A stretch of DNA of 64,000 bases from an uncultured Gammaproteobacteria bacterium (GTDB lineage Bacteria > Pseudomonadota > Gammaproteobacteria > JACCXJ01), in assembly GCA_963764725.1 (NCBI GenBank), contig CAVXTM010000018.1:96001-160000 (forward strand), written 5' to 3'. Below the pieces are notes generated by a model. It made no database searches. It was not told where the DNA came from and saw only the letters and a list, made by a program, of their open reading frames with translations. A program made the translations under genes and the position numbers. This document shows, one piece after another, positions 41,544-51,180 of this stretch (its first letter is position 1; every line of letters begins with the position of its first letter).

Positions 41544-41864
41544 ATGAACTGGTTAGCGTTAATGTTCGGCGGTGATGCGGGCTGGCAAGGGTTCGGGCGG
41601 ATCGCCCGTATTTCCGGAACCGTGATGGGACTCGCGCTCCTCGGGGGCTTGTTTCACTTTCTTCCCAAAGGCGACACCGCGATGCAAGTCTATGAACCGA
41701 TGCGGCAGGCCGCCGCCGTATTATGCTCGGCCAGCGCATCGGATCGACGGGTGCTGCGGCGGATCGTTGAAGACGCCGTGAGCCCGCATCTCCTACACAT
41801 CGAGTGCGAGTCCGTGGCGGTCCTACAGCATGCCGTAGGCTTCCAAGGTCAAGAACGCCGGTAG
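41544..41864 (+). CDS. Small hypothetical ORF or gene remnant
   Basis: One hydrophobic segment then PKGDTA; the 3' end overlaps aceB antisense, so it is doubtful as an intact gene. Confidence 0.3.
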   Translation: MNWLALMFGGDAGWQGFGRIARISGTVMGLALLGGLFHFLPKGDTAMQVYEPMRQAAAVLCSASASDRRVLRRIVEDAVSPHLLHIECESVAVLQHAVGFQGQERR

Positions 41865-43406
41865 CTTGGTGGTCGTCACGAGCTTATCCAGGAGCCTTGC
41901 GGCTTCGTTGAACTTGCAGCTTGCGAATTGCTGCTCCCCAATCTCTTCCCGGACTTGGGCCAGTTCCTGACTCAGGCTCTCGCGGAACACCTCCAGGGTA
42001 ACCTTGCGGCCATCTTCAAGCACACCCCTCGGATAGCGGATCCACTGCCAGAGTTGTGCCCGTGAGATCTCCGCGGTCGCCGCGTCTTCCATCAGATGTG
42101 CGATCGGCACCGCCCCCTTCCCGCTTAGCCAGGAGTCGGTGTAGCGCAGCGCGGCGCTGATGTTGTGCCGCAGTCCCTTCATCGTAATCGTGCCGTCGGG
42201 CATTCGCAGCAGGTCCGCGGCGGTGACCTGTACATCCTCTCGCAGGTTGTGGATCTGGTTCGGTCCCGGCATGTGCTTGTCGAATACCGCTTTGGCGATC
42301 GGCGCGAGCAGGGGATGGGCGACCCAGGTTCCGTCGTGACCGTCTTTGGCCTCACGCTCCTTATCGGCCCGCACCTTGGCGAGGGCCTCCTCGTTGGCAA
42401 GCTCATCCTCCTTGATCGGGATCTGGGCCGCCATCCCGCCCATCGCATGTATACCGCGGCGATGACAGCTCTGAACCAGGAGCCTTGAGTAGGAGTGCAG
42501 GAAGTGCTGGTTCATGGTCAACTGGCTGCGATCCGGCAGCACAAATTCGGGGTGATTGCGCAGGCACTTGATGAAGCTGAAGATGTAATCCCAGCGTCCG
42601 CAGTTGAGTCCCGCCGCATGCTCGCGCAGCTCGTAGAGAAACTCGTGCATCTCAAAGGCGGCCGTGAGCGTTTCGATGAGCGCCGTCGCGCGGATGGTCC
42701 CCCGCAGGATGCCGAGCGCATCCTGGGCGTAGAGGAATACAGCATTCCACAAACGGGCCTCCTTGCGGCTTTCCATCTTGGGCAGATAGAAATACGGCGC
42801 CGTGCCCTTGGCGATCAGCTTTTTGGCGTTATGGAAAAAGAACAAGCCGAAGTCGAACAGGCTCGCCGGAATCGGTTCGTCGTCGAGCAGAACATGCTTC
42901 TCCTTCATGTGCCAGCCGCGCGGGCGCACGATGAGAGTCGCGAGCTTGCCGTCATTGAGCCGGTAGACCTTGCCTTCCGGTCCGGTATAGGAGATGGTGC
43001 CGTCGATCGCGTCGCAGAGGTTGACCTGCCCATCCATCATCTGCTCCCAGGTCGGGCTCGAGGCGTCCTCGAAGTCCGCCATGAAGGTATTCGCCCCGGA
43101 ATTGAGCGCATTGATGATCATCTTGCGTTCGACCGGACCGGTGATCTCCACCCGCCGGTCCACCAGGTCCGCGGGGATGGGCGCGACCTTCCACTCGCCT
43201 TCACGGACGTACTTGGTTTCAGGAAGAAAATCCGGCAGCCCGCCGGCATCGAAGAACTGCTGCCGGCGGACCCGGATCGCCAGTAACTCTTTACGCCGCG
43301 GCCCGAATCTCTTGACCAGCTCTTCCACAAACCCCAGAGCCTCCGGCGTGAGGATGCGTTCGTAGTCCAGGGTCATCGCGCCGCGGACATCTAACAGGGT
43401 GGTCAT
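41823..43406 (-). CDS. aceB: Malate synthase A
   Basis: [54 protein letters not shown]; GGAGG RBS before ATG 43406. Confidence 0.97.
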   Translation of the reverse strand: MTTLLDVRGAMTLDYERILTPEALGFVEELVKRFGPRRKELLAIRVRRQQFFDAGGLPDFLPETKYVREGEWKVAPIPADLVDRRVEITGPVERKMIINALNSGANTFMADFEDASSPTWEQMMDGQVNLCDAIDGTISYTGPEGKVYRLNDGKLATLIVRPRGWHMKEKHVLLDDEPIPASLFDFGLFFFHNAKKLIAKGTAPYFYLPKMESRKEARLWNAVFLYAQDALGILRGTIRATALIETLTAAFEMHEFLYELREHAAGLNCGRWDYIFSFIKCLRNHPEFVLPDRSQLTMNQHFLHSYSRLLVQSCHRRGIHAMGGMAAQIPIKEDELANEEALAKVRADKEREAKDGHDGTWVAHPLLAPIAKAVFDKHMPGPNQIHNLREDVQVTAADLLRMPDGTITMKGLRHNISAALRYTDSWLSGKGAVPIAHLMEDAATAEISRAQLWQWIRYPRGVLEDGRKVTLEVFRESLSQELAQVREEIGEQQFASCKFNEAARLLDKLVTTTKLPAFLTLEAYGML

Positions 43407-43492
43407 GCTGATTTCCCTCCTTCCACCGGTATCAATGAGCGCATGATAGCCGAGGTTTGTGCGGCGCAGCAATAGGCGCGGAATGGCCTGAA

Positions 43493-43610
43493 TCAATTTG
43501 ATTTCGCCACCACGGGGTATGAACCCCGTGGGGCGACCAAAGGGGAGAGCTGCGCCTCTCCCCTTTGGAAACCCCATGGCTAAGGATCCCGCGGCAAGAC
43601 CGCGGGGAAT
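43493..43610. repeat. Three-hairpin element, possible non-autonomous IS200/IS605-type (PATE/REP-like) unit
   Basis: CCACGGGG-TATGAA-CCCCGTGG, CCAAAGGGGAGAG-CTGCGC-CTCTCCCCTTTGG, CCCGCGG-CAAGA-CCGCGGG; partial second copy near 26.45 kb. Confidence 0.7.
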
Positions 43611-43729
43611 AAATTTTAAGGTGGGAGGCTCTTCCATTTATGCAAGATAGGACTTAGCCCTTCTTAAACGCAAGCACGGCCGGCCGGGTTGAGCTGCCGA
43701 TTAGGTCACGCCCAGGCAGGAAAAGATTG

Positions 43730-44830
43730 TCAGTTGGCTTGCACCGGCCCACCCCGATAAGACCCCTGACAGAGAATTTTTTTACAGTTCCCGTTCAGCA
43801 TGGTGTAGATAATCGCGCCGGTGTCGTTGCGGGCCTTGAAATGGCCGATGCCGTCAATATCCCCACCCATAGTGTTGACCTTGACCGGATGCGACGGGTC
43901 CGGGGACAAATGGGTAAAATCGAAGTCCACCCGGCCGGTCGTGGAGCCCGCGCCCACATCGAGCTGCGCCCGGACATTAGGCCCGGCCGTGAACAGCGCG
44001 CCCCGGGCGCAATCGCTGAACCCCCGCGCGGTGCTGCAATGGACTTGATCGTGGACGCCGGCATGGAGCGTATAGAACAGTACCCGCTCGCGGCGGCTGG
44101 GGATGAGGCGCAGGCTGTGTTCGTCCGCAGCGCCGGTCCAGCGGTTGTAGTTAGGGTAAAAGCCGAACACATAGGGATCGAAGATGTTCTGCGAACCGCA
44201 GGTTGCGACGGCGGGGTTGGCGGGACCCACATAGAGGCAGGAATTGAGGCCGCGTATGCCGCCGGCGATGTTGACGAAACGGCGGATGCCGGCCCAGGCG
44301 TCGTTGGCTTCGAGGGTGGCGATGGCCATGGACACCCCGAGCGAATGGGTCACCAGGTCCACCGTAGCGCTACCGGTATAAGCCCGTACCGCGTCAATGA
44401 ACTTCCTGATGATCTCGTACTTGCCCCGGCGGTGAAAGTTATCCTGGGGGTTTTGCTGTTCCTCAGCGCTGAGATAGGTCACCCCGAACAGCTCGCAGTC
44501 GTTGTACCCCCACTCTTTGAATTCCTCGTACACGGAGCGTTTTGGAGGCGTATAACCTGCCACGCCGCCCTGTACCGGTGAGTCCCAACTGATGGCGCGA
44601 TCGGCATTGCCGTGGATGAAGACCACCGGTGTCCGTACCGCCTTGCATTCCCCGCCGCCGAAACCCCCGAATCCGGTCCCCGGATTAAAACTCCCGGCGT
44701 ATTGCGTATCGGGCGCCGAGCATTTGGGAAAGGTGAAGTCCCCGCACTCCAAGGCGCCCGCCCCCCCACTCAACATGATGCCGCCCAGCAACACCACATA
44801 TCGGGAAAAGACTTCTGGAACCGTTTGCAT
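43730..44830 (-). CDS. Secreted PhaZ7-like native-PHB depolymerase (alpha/beta hydrolase)
   Basis: Signal peptide, GFGGG.C...TPVVFIHGN, GYNDCELFGVTYLS, THSLG, AGGIRGL, TCGSQN, GIGHF; collinear with Paucimonas lemoignei PhaZ7 as recalled. Confidence 0.82.
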   Translation of the reverse strand: MQTVPEVFSRYVVLLGGIMLSGGAGALECGDFTFPKCSAPDTQYAGSFNPGTGFGGFGGGECKAVRTPVVFIHGNADRAISWDSPVQGGVAGYTPPKRSVYEEFKEWGYNDCELFGVTYLSAEEQQNPQDNFHRRGKYEIIRKFIDAVRAYTGSATVDLVTHSLGVSMAIATLEANDAWAGIRRFVNIAGGIRGLNSCLYVGPANPAVATCGSQNIFDPYVFGFYPNYNRWTGAADEHSLRLIPSRRERVLFYTLHAGVHDQVHCSTARGFSDCARGALFTAGPNVRAQLDVGAGSTTGRVDFDFTHLSPDPSHPVKVNTMGGDIDGIGHFKARNDTGAIIYTMLNGNCKKILCQGSYRGGPVQAN

Positions 44831-44963
44831 GCTCGCCCTCCCAAGTTATTGGGAAACCATTGTGAACGATAAACCAACGGATGTTGCGCTGCAATAAGGG
44901 CGTCGGCGGCACCTTCTGATTCAGTCGACACATAAGCTCGAATTCCTTATCCTTCAAACCAGC

Positions 44964-47717
44964 ATGGCGCCTATCGAACGCAAAGCTTCTGCCCCCAAGA
45001 TCCCGCCTGTCCACAACTGGCGCACAACCGACGAAGATGAAATCGAGCGCCGCCGGCTGCGCGCCCGATCCGAGCATTTCGCTATCAGCAATCTCGATGC
45101 GAAGCATCCGATTTTTTCCAACTTCCGCATTCTCTCCGGAAGCGGGCTTACCTACTCCGTCGAGATCTGGAGCGTTCGCGAGCGGCAGTTCGCCTGCAGT
45201 TGCGTCGACTTTCGCATCAACGGCCTGGGCACCTGCAAGCATGCGGAAGCGGTGCTGCTGCACCTGGAGGGGCGATACAAGAAGTTGTTCAGGGCCGCCG
45301 CTGAAAACGGCAGCTATCGCATCGACATCGTGCCGGACCATGCCGCCGACACGCTGCGCTTGGCGGGCGGCGGGCTGAAGGATCTCGCGAGGCCGCTGAG
45401 GAGACTCTTCGATGAGCGCGGCCTACTGAGAGACGGTTCCCCCGAAGAGGCCATCGAAAGGCTGAGCAAGGCGGGGATCCCGGCGCTGCGCATCTCCCAG
45501 GACGTCGAGCCGTGGGTGCGGCAAAGGTGCCAGGCGGCGGAACGCAAGTCGCTGCGCAAGGAGTACGAGCTGAGGGTGCACGCCGGCGAGTGGCCGCCGC
45601 AGGAGACCGTGGTCCCACTGTTCCCCTACCAGCGCCTAGGCATGCTGCATCTCGCCTTCACCGAGCGAGCGCTACTCGCCGACGAGATGGGGCTCGGCAA
45701 GACCATACAGGCCATCGCGGCCTGCGCGCTCATCCACCGGCTCGGGAAAGCGGAGCGCGTGCTCATCGTGACACCCGCCTCGCTCAAGACGGAGTGGGAA
45801 GAGCAGATCCAGCGCTTCACGCGGCTGCCCTATCGGATCGTCTTCGGAAGTCCGCGGGAACGGCGTAAGGCCTACGTCCAGGCGCCCTTTTTTACCATCG
45901 TCAATTACGAGCAGATGATCAAGGACGCGCTCACCGTCAATGAGCACCTCCGGCCCGACATCGTGGTCCTGGATGAGGCACAACGGATCAAGAACTGGAA
46001 CACCTTGACGGCCCAAGCGGTGAAGCGCCTCACGAGCCGCTTCGCCTTCGTGCTGACGGGCACGCCGATCGAGAACCGGATCGATGAGATCCACTCCTTG
46101 ATGGACTTTCTCAATCCCGCCGTTCTCGGTCCCCTGTTTCGCTTCAATCGCGATTTCTACGAGCTCGATGAGCGGGGCCGCCCGTGCGGTTACAAGAACC
46201 TCGAACGCCTCCATGAGCGCATCGCACCTTACATGCTGCGCCGGCGTAAGTCGGATGTGGAGACGGAACTGCCCGAGCGGACGGACAAGAACTTCTTCGT
46301 ACCCTTATCGGCAGGACAGAAGCAGGCCTACTCGCATCACGAGGATCAGGTAGCCCGGCTCGCCGCCGCGGCCCGCCGCCGGCCACTCACCCAGCAGGAG
46401 CAGGAAAAGCTCATGCGCGAACTGGCCATGATGCGGATGATCTGCGACACCAATTACATCCTCGATCCGAATGACCGCGCGTGCCCTAAGCTCGGCGAGC
46501 TCGAAAAGGTCCTCGAAGAATGCCGCGACAACGCCGGGGTTAAGGTGATCGTGTTCTCCGAGTGGGAGCGCATGCTGGAGCTGGTGCGCGATCTCTGCCG
46601 CAAGCGCGGTCTCGGCTGCGCCTGGCACACCGGCAGCGTTCCGCAGTTGCGTCGGCGGGCCGAGATCAATCTGTTCAAAAACGACCCTGACTGCGGGGTG
46701 TTTCTCAGCACCGATGCGGGCAGCACCGGTCTCAACCTACAGAATGCGAGCGTCGTGATCAACTGCGATCTTCCCTGGAATCCCGCCAGGCTCGAACAGC
46801 GCATCGCCCGCGCCTGGCGAAAATACCAGTCCCATCCCGTCACCGTTGTGAACCTGATCTCGCAGGACACCATCGAGGAGCGCATGCTGGGCACGCTCGC
46901 CAACAAGCAAGCGCTGGCCGAAGGAGTGCTGGAGCGCAAGGGCGATCTGGCCGCGATCCCCTTCGGCGGCGGCAAGCAGGCGTTCCTCGATCGGCTATAC
47001 CAGTTGGTTCAGCCGGTGTCGCCCGCGTCCCTCGCTGCCCCGCAACCGCCACGCCCGGCGGATCGCGCCCGGGCCTTCGCCGAGCGGGTGCGCGAGCGGC
47101 TCGATGGCGCGCTCATCCGTTGCGAGGAGCAATACCCGCTCGAGGGCAGCCACTCGGTGCTCCTGGTCGTGGTCGAACGCGATTCCTCCCAGTGGCGCGA
47201 GCAGATCCAGGGCTTGCACCGGGAGCTTTTTGGCGACAGCGATCCGCTGTCTCCGATTTATCTTGAGGTGGTGGATCGCGGCACCGCGGATGCCCTCGAT
47301 CGTTTCGCAAAGGCCGGGCTCATTCAGCGAACGATGCGCGGCAGCCGGCCCTTGTTGGACGATGGGACAGCGGAAGCCAAAGGGCTGTTGTCCGAGGAAG
47401 AAAGAGAGAAGGCCGCTCTGCATCGTGCCCACGCCGTGCGGCGCTTGAAGATGAACCGGGTGCTCAGCGCCGCCGACCTCGCCGCCGAGAGCCGCCAGGC
47501 GCTCCTTGAAGCCCTGTATGCGCTCGGCCGCGCTCTTGCAGTCGAGCATCGCCTCCCGGAGCCGAAAGGGATCGACGATCTCCTGACCCCTTCGCTTGCG
47601 TGGTGTTGGGGCGAAAAGATAAGTGTCGTGAAGGAATCTCTGGCGAACGATCACGCCGCAGGCGAGCCGCTCGCTCTAGCGTTGGAACATTTGCTAAAAG
47701 CAGGCGCTCCAGCTTGA
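44964..47717 (+). CDS. SWIM zinc finger + SNF2/DEAD-like helicase with extra C-terminal domains
   Basis: CSC..CKH, LADEMGLGKT, LDEAQ, LTGTP, GLNLQ, WNPARLEQRIAR. Confidence 0.92.
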   Translation: MAPIERKASAPKIPPVHNWRTTDEDEIERRRLRARSEHFAISNLDAKHPIFSNFRILSGSGLTYSVEIWSVRERQFACSCVDFRINGLGTCKHAEAVLLHLEGRYKKLFRAAAENGSYRIDIVPDHAADTLRLAGGGLKDLARPLRRLFDERGLLRDGSPEEAIERLSKAGIPALRISQDVEPWVRQRCQAAERKSLRKEYELRVHAGEWPPQETVVPLFPYQRLGMLHLAFTERALLADEMGLGKTIQAIAACALIHRLGKAERVLIVTPASLKTEWEEQIQRFTRLPYRIVFGSPRERRKAYVQAPFFTIVNYEQMIKDALTVNEHLRPDIVVLDEAQRIKNWNTLTAQAVKRLTSRFAFVLTGTPIENRIDEIHSLMDFLNPAVLGPLFRFNRDFYELDERGRPCGYKNLERLHERIAPYMLRRRKSDVETELPERTDKNFFVPLSAGQKQAYSHHEDQVARLAAAARRRPLTQQEQEKLMRELAMMRMICDTNYILDPNDRACPKLGELEKVLEECRDNAGVKVIVFSEWERMLELVRDLCRKRGLGCAWHTGSVPQLRRRAEINLFKNDPDCGVFLSTDAGSTGLNLQNASVVINCDLPWNPARLEQRIARAWRKYQSHPVTVVNLISQDTIEERMLGTLANKQALAEGVLERKGDLAAIPFGGGKQAFLDRLYQLVQPVSPASLAAPQPPRPADRARAFAERVRERLDGALIRCEEQYPLEGSHSVLLVVVERDSSQWREQIQGLHRELFGDSDPLSPIYLEVVDRGTADALDRFAKAGLIQRTMRGSRPLLDDGTAEAKGLLSEEEREKAALHRAHAVRRLKMNRVLSAADLAAESRQALLEALYALGRALAVEHRLPEPKGIDDLLTPSLAWCWGEKISVVKESLANDHAAGEPLALALEHLLKAGAPA

Positions 47718-47865
47718 GCCTTCGTGGGGCGCGCGCGCATGGTAGCCGCGAAGCCGTAGATGAAGTCAAACTGGCTGCGGTGCGGCTGTTCCACGATGAC
47801 CTCGCTGATCCGGCGTGCCAGCCAGCACTTCCTGTGCCCGGCCAGCTGCGCTGGAGCTCGGGTAC

Positions 47866-48132
47866 TCGCCCCTGGCCCTGGCTTTCGATCGACTTCGAAT
47901 GGCCTGATCCCAGACTCTTGCCCCCTCCCATCCGGTTCAGCTCACTGAGCCCACAACCTCCTCTTGGCCCGCACTCGGGCAAGACGGCAAACGGTCCTGA
48001 ATTTGGTACCTCGGGCCGATCAATGGCCCGAAAATTCCCCGATTCTGGACCGAGACTCGCGTGATTGACACCCCACAGGTTAAGCAGTACCTTCATTTTG
48101 GAGGAAACAAGCGTTCAAAGATGCCCTAACGG
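47866..48132 (+). mobile_element. IS91/ISCR-like right-end remnant, copy 1 (possible transposase tail, outward promoter, degenerate oriIS)
   Basis: SPLALAFDRLRMA* tail, about 200-bp direct repeat with 48721-48927, TTGACA-17-TACCTT, ends GCGTTCAAAGATGCCCTAACGG. Confidence 0.55.
48065..48093 (+). promoter_or_regulatory. Sigma70-type promoter in repeat copy 1
   Basis: TTGACA, 17-bp spacer, TACCTT. Confidence 0.6.
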
Positions 48133-48279
48133 ACACCTCGAGGGACACCGAGCCGATTGCTCTCCTGGGTATGCTTGCGCTGCAGGGCATCGGACGCAGG
48201 ATAGCGCACGCAGTTGACGCTCACGGGCCAGGGGGCCACCCAGAGCGGGGGCTGACTTTGTGGAGAAGGGGGCCTACGC

Positions 48280-48615
48280 GTGCGGCGCCGCCCTTTAATA
48301 TTCGCGGGATTCGAAGGCGTTGGAGAACGCGGCCCATATCGGTTGATCTCGCTGTCAGGCGGGGGATATCGCGCAGCCTTGTTTCACGCTGGTGTATTGC
48401 GGGCCTTGAACAAGGCGGGGCGATTTGAAGCAGGCGGGCCCGACGACCATTCGTGCATCATCAGCGCCGTCTCCGCTGGAACGATCACCGCCTTTGTGTG
48501 GGAACAATTCTTCAACAGCGACGGGCTGGAGGCGTATTGGCCCGAAATAGCGCTCTTGAAGCTGGTGACCACAGGTCCTTCGCTCACGCTGAGACCGCTC
48601 CTCGTCACGGCGTAA
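48280..48615 (+). pseudogene. Patatin-like phospholipase N-terminal fragment
   Basis: SLSGGGYRAALFHAGVLRAL and SAVSAG nucleophile motif; stops before any DGG catalytic Asp. Confidence 0.7.
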
Positions 48616-48720
48616 AAAGCACGCCTAACGCACCCTACATCTACTGAGGAAATTGTTAGTCGCGTCATCAGTGTCATCGACCCAAGCGAGGAAACCTAGC
48701 GGAACGAGGGGGCACCCATT

Positions 48721-48927
48721 CTCCCATCCGATTCAGCTCACTGAGCCGATAACCTCCCCTTGGCCCGCACTCACGCAAGACGCAAAAACGCTCCGAAACC
48801 TACGCCTCGGGTCGAGAGATATCCGGGAACGTCGCCAATTCTGGACCAAGGACACGCGTGATTGACGCCCCGCAGGTTAAGCAGTACCTTCATTTTTTAG
48901 GAAAGAGGGCGTTTGAAAATCCTACCG
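48721..48927 (+). mobile_element. IS91/ISCR-like right-end remnant, copy 2
   Basis: Direct repeat 796 bp from copy 1; TTGACG-17-TACCTT; ends GCGTTTGAAAATCCTACCG, resembling ISCR oriIS GCGTTTGAACTTCCTATAC. Confidence 0.62.
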
Positions 48928-49007
48928 CGGCCTCTGGCCGCAATCAAATGGGAGACCAAACTCCCTTGCCAAATGCAGGGAAGTCACGCTGAAAGAATCT
49001 ATACATC

Positions 49008-49165
49008 ATGGTCCCGTCAATGGCTGAACTCGCGACCCTCTACGCGGCCGAGGTGGATATCGTGGCGGCCGTCGTGAGGCGTGGCCGGAGATCTCGGAGG
49101 GTTCCTTGCTCGGCCGGGCGATCTGGAACTCCCGCACCAAGGCCTTGCTCGGCGTCGTAGGATAG
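49008..49165 (+). pseudogene. C-terminal remnant of a paralog of the downstream gene
   Basis: SMAELATLY..DIVAAV/EAWPEISEGSLLGRAIWNSRTKALLGVVG* (one frameshift) matches AVAELWPLY..EIVSGVTDAW..NAVWNIRTRALLGVLG*. Confidence 0.8.
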
Positions 49166-49180
49166 CGACGCGGGACTCAT

Positions 49181-50146
49181 ATGACAACCGTTCAGGCGTG
49201 CGGCCTTCGACACGCCGCCGACGTCAACTTTAACGACGCGAAGAGCGCGAGCAAATGGGAGCGCCTAGCGACCGTCTGCATCACGCGGGCGCGGGACGCC
49301 TTGAATCAGCCGACGGGCACGTATACGAAGGTCCATCGCGACACGATGTCGGACCTCTTGAAGGCCATGCTCGTGACGCACGGCTCGATCGGTAAGCTGC
49401 TCGAGGGCGGCAGCGAGAGCCCGCAATCCGTGGACGCGCTCGTGCTGGCGCGGCTTCAGGTCGAGGGCCTGTTCTCGATGTGCCTGCTCGTGGAGAGCTC
49501 CGACTGGGTCGATGCGTTCCCGGGCGACGGATGGAAAAAGCAGTTCGTCCGGTATCTTCTGTTCAAGTACGAGACCGAGTGCCTGCCGCGCTTCGGGCCG
49601 AACGCGCACGTACCCGAGCGCTTGCGGCTCGTCGAGTTTGCGGGCGTGTGCAACGTGACGCTCGCGCAGATGCACACCGTCGAGCACCAGCAGACCGCCA
49701 TGCCGATGCCGGCCGGCATGGCGGAAGAGAGTATCCAGGACTTCCCCACGCCCGGCAAGACCATCCGGAAGCTTCCGGCCGGCAGTAGCAAGCGACGGAT
49801 GCTCGAGCGGCTTTACATGGACTACAAGTACCTTTGCTCCTTCGCGCACGGCCTCCAGGCAGCGAACATGGCGAAGTCGGTATACGACGTGCGCTCACGC
49901 GAGCGGCAGATCTTCACGGAAGCGGAGATCGAGGCGAACTTCCAGCAGGACGTCAACACGTCGGCCCGGGTCTACAGCTTGTTGAGTATCGTGCAGGCGG
50001 TCGCCGAGCTTTGGCCGCTCTATCCGAACGACATGGAGATCGTGTCCGGCGTGACCGACGCGTGGAACGACCTCCTCGGGTCGAACTTCGTCGTGAACGC
50101 GGTTTGGAACATCAGGACGAGAGCACTGCTCGGCGTCCTCGGCTAG
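49181..50146 (+). CDS. DUF5677/HEPN-like hypothetical protein
   Basis: LARLQVE (RxxxE) and YKYLCSFAH motifs; helical. Confidence 0.6.
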   Translation: MTTVQACGLRHAADVNFNDAKSASKWERLATVCITRARDALNQPTGTYTKVHRDTMSDLLKAMLVTHGSIGKLLEGGSESPQSVDALVLARLQVEGLFSMCLLVESSDWVDAFPGDGWKKQFVRYLLFKYETECLPRFGPNAHVPERLRLVEFAGVCNVTLAQMHTVEHQQTAMPMPAGMAEESIQDFPTPGKTIRKLPAGSSKRRMLERLYMDYKYLCSFAHGLQAANMAKSVYDVRSRERQIFTEAEIEANFQQDVNTSARVYSLLSIVQAVAELWPLYPNDMEIVSGVTDAWNDLLGSNFVVNAVWNIRTRALLGVLG

Positions 50147-50330
50147 GTATCGATCCAGAGCATCTTCGACAGCGCACAGGGCGCAATAGGCGACAGCCGT
50201 ATTGCGCCGCATGCATGACTCGTTCGGCGCTATGGGCTACGGGCTGCATTCTTTTTCTACCCAAATGGCACAAGGACATGAGCTATGGATGTTCGCGATC
50301 GTCGCGATTGACACTATCTGGAGGGCAGGA

Positions 50331-50930
50331 TTACCGACCCGGCCCGCTTTTGAACGCCCCCTCCGCCGGCCCCGGCAGTTCAAACACCTCCCACAGCGGG
50401 ATTTCGAGGTCTTTCAGGGTCGCGAACGTCAGGGTTTCCTGGGGGCCGATCACGGCGCCCTCGTCGAAAGCGCCGTCGGTGCCCAAGAGAAAACGGATGG
50501 CGTAGTGTTCCAGCGGATCCACTACCAGGTATTCCCGCACCCCGGCGCGCGCGTAAAGCGCTTTTTTCTCGCGCAGATCTTTGGTAGAGGTGGACGGCGA
50601 AAGGATTTCCATTACCATGTCGGGCGCACCCTCGATGTGGGTGGGGGTGATCTTGGCCGCGTCGCAAACGACCAGCAGGTCCGGCTGCACCACGTCCGTT
50701 TCAGACAAACGCACGTCGGTCGGGGCGGTGAACGGGCGGCAGGGCTTACCGGAAAGCTTTTGTTCAAGCCTGCTGGAAATCCTGATGACTACGGTTTGAT
50801 GCCGGGTCGAAGGCGCTGGCGACATGTCATAGGCGACACCATCGATGATCTCCCAACGTTCGCCCTCCGGCCAGGTTTGATAGTTGGTCCAGGTACATTG
50901 CGTATCGCTGGTATGGGTTTTAGGTTGCAT
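50331..50930 (-). CDS. Uma2/DUF820 family endonuclease-fold protein
   Basis: WEIIDG, PAPSTRHQ, VQPDL, GAPDMVMEILSPST, GVREY. Confidence 0.92.
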   Translation of the reverse strand: MQPKTHTSDTQCTWTNYQTWPEGERWEIIDGVAYDMSPAPSTRHQTVVIRISSRLEQKLSGKPCRPFTAPTDVRLSETDVVQPDLLVVCDAAKITPTHIEGAPDMVMEILSPSTSTKDLREKKALYARAGVREYLVVDPLEHYAIRFLLGTDGAFDEGAVIGPQETLTFATLKDLEIPLWEVFELPGPAEGAFKSGPGR

Positions 50931-51180
50931 GAGAAAGTCCTCCAGAGTGCTTGCAAAGCACTCATCGCAACATCATACCGGCCGCCGCTGCAGTAATGTC
51001 TTTGGTATCCAAGGTCAGGACAGGATTCTAGCAAGTTTCTGAAGCCGGTGTGGCCGCCCGGCCTGGCGGGAGGTGACCCGCGGTCGGCTCTTTCGGTCGC
51101 GCGCAGCAGTGCGAGAGAGCGGCCGGCGCGCCCGGCCCGGTCTTAAATGGCAACCGTGAGTAGGCGTTGGATGCTGTAGT

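Noticed and set aside
43407-43637. N-terminal extension of malate synthase in the ORF track
   Set aside because: It is read-through across the hairpin repeat; the RBS supports ATG 43406.
47714-47860. Minus-strand coding-like stretch WLARRISEVIVEQPHRSQFDFIYGF
   Set aside because: Unidentifiable fragment with no supported boundaries.
48623-48661. attC-like GCCTAAC...GTTAGTC after the patatin fragment
   Set aside because: It spans only 39 bp, has no L boxes, and there is no integron integrase in the window.
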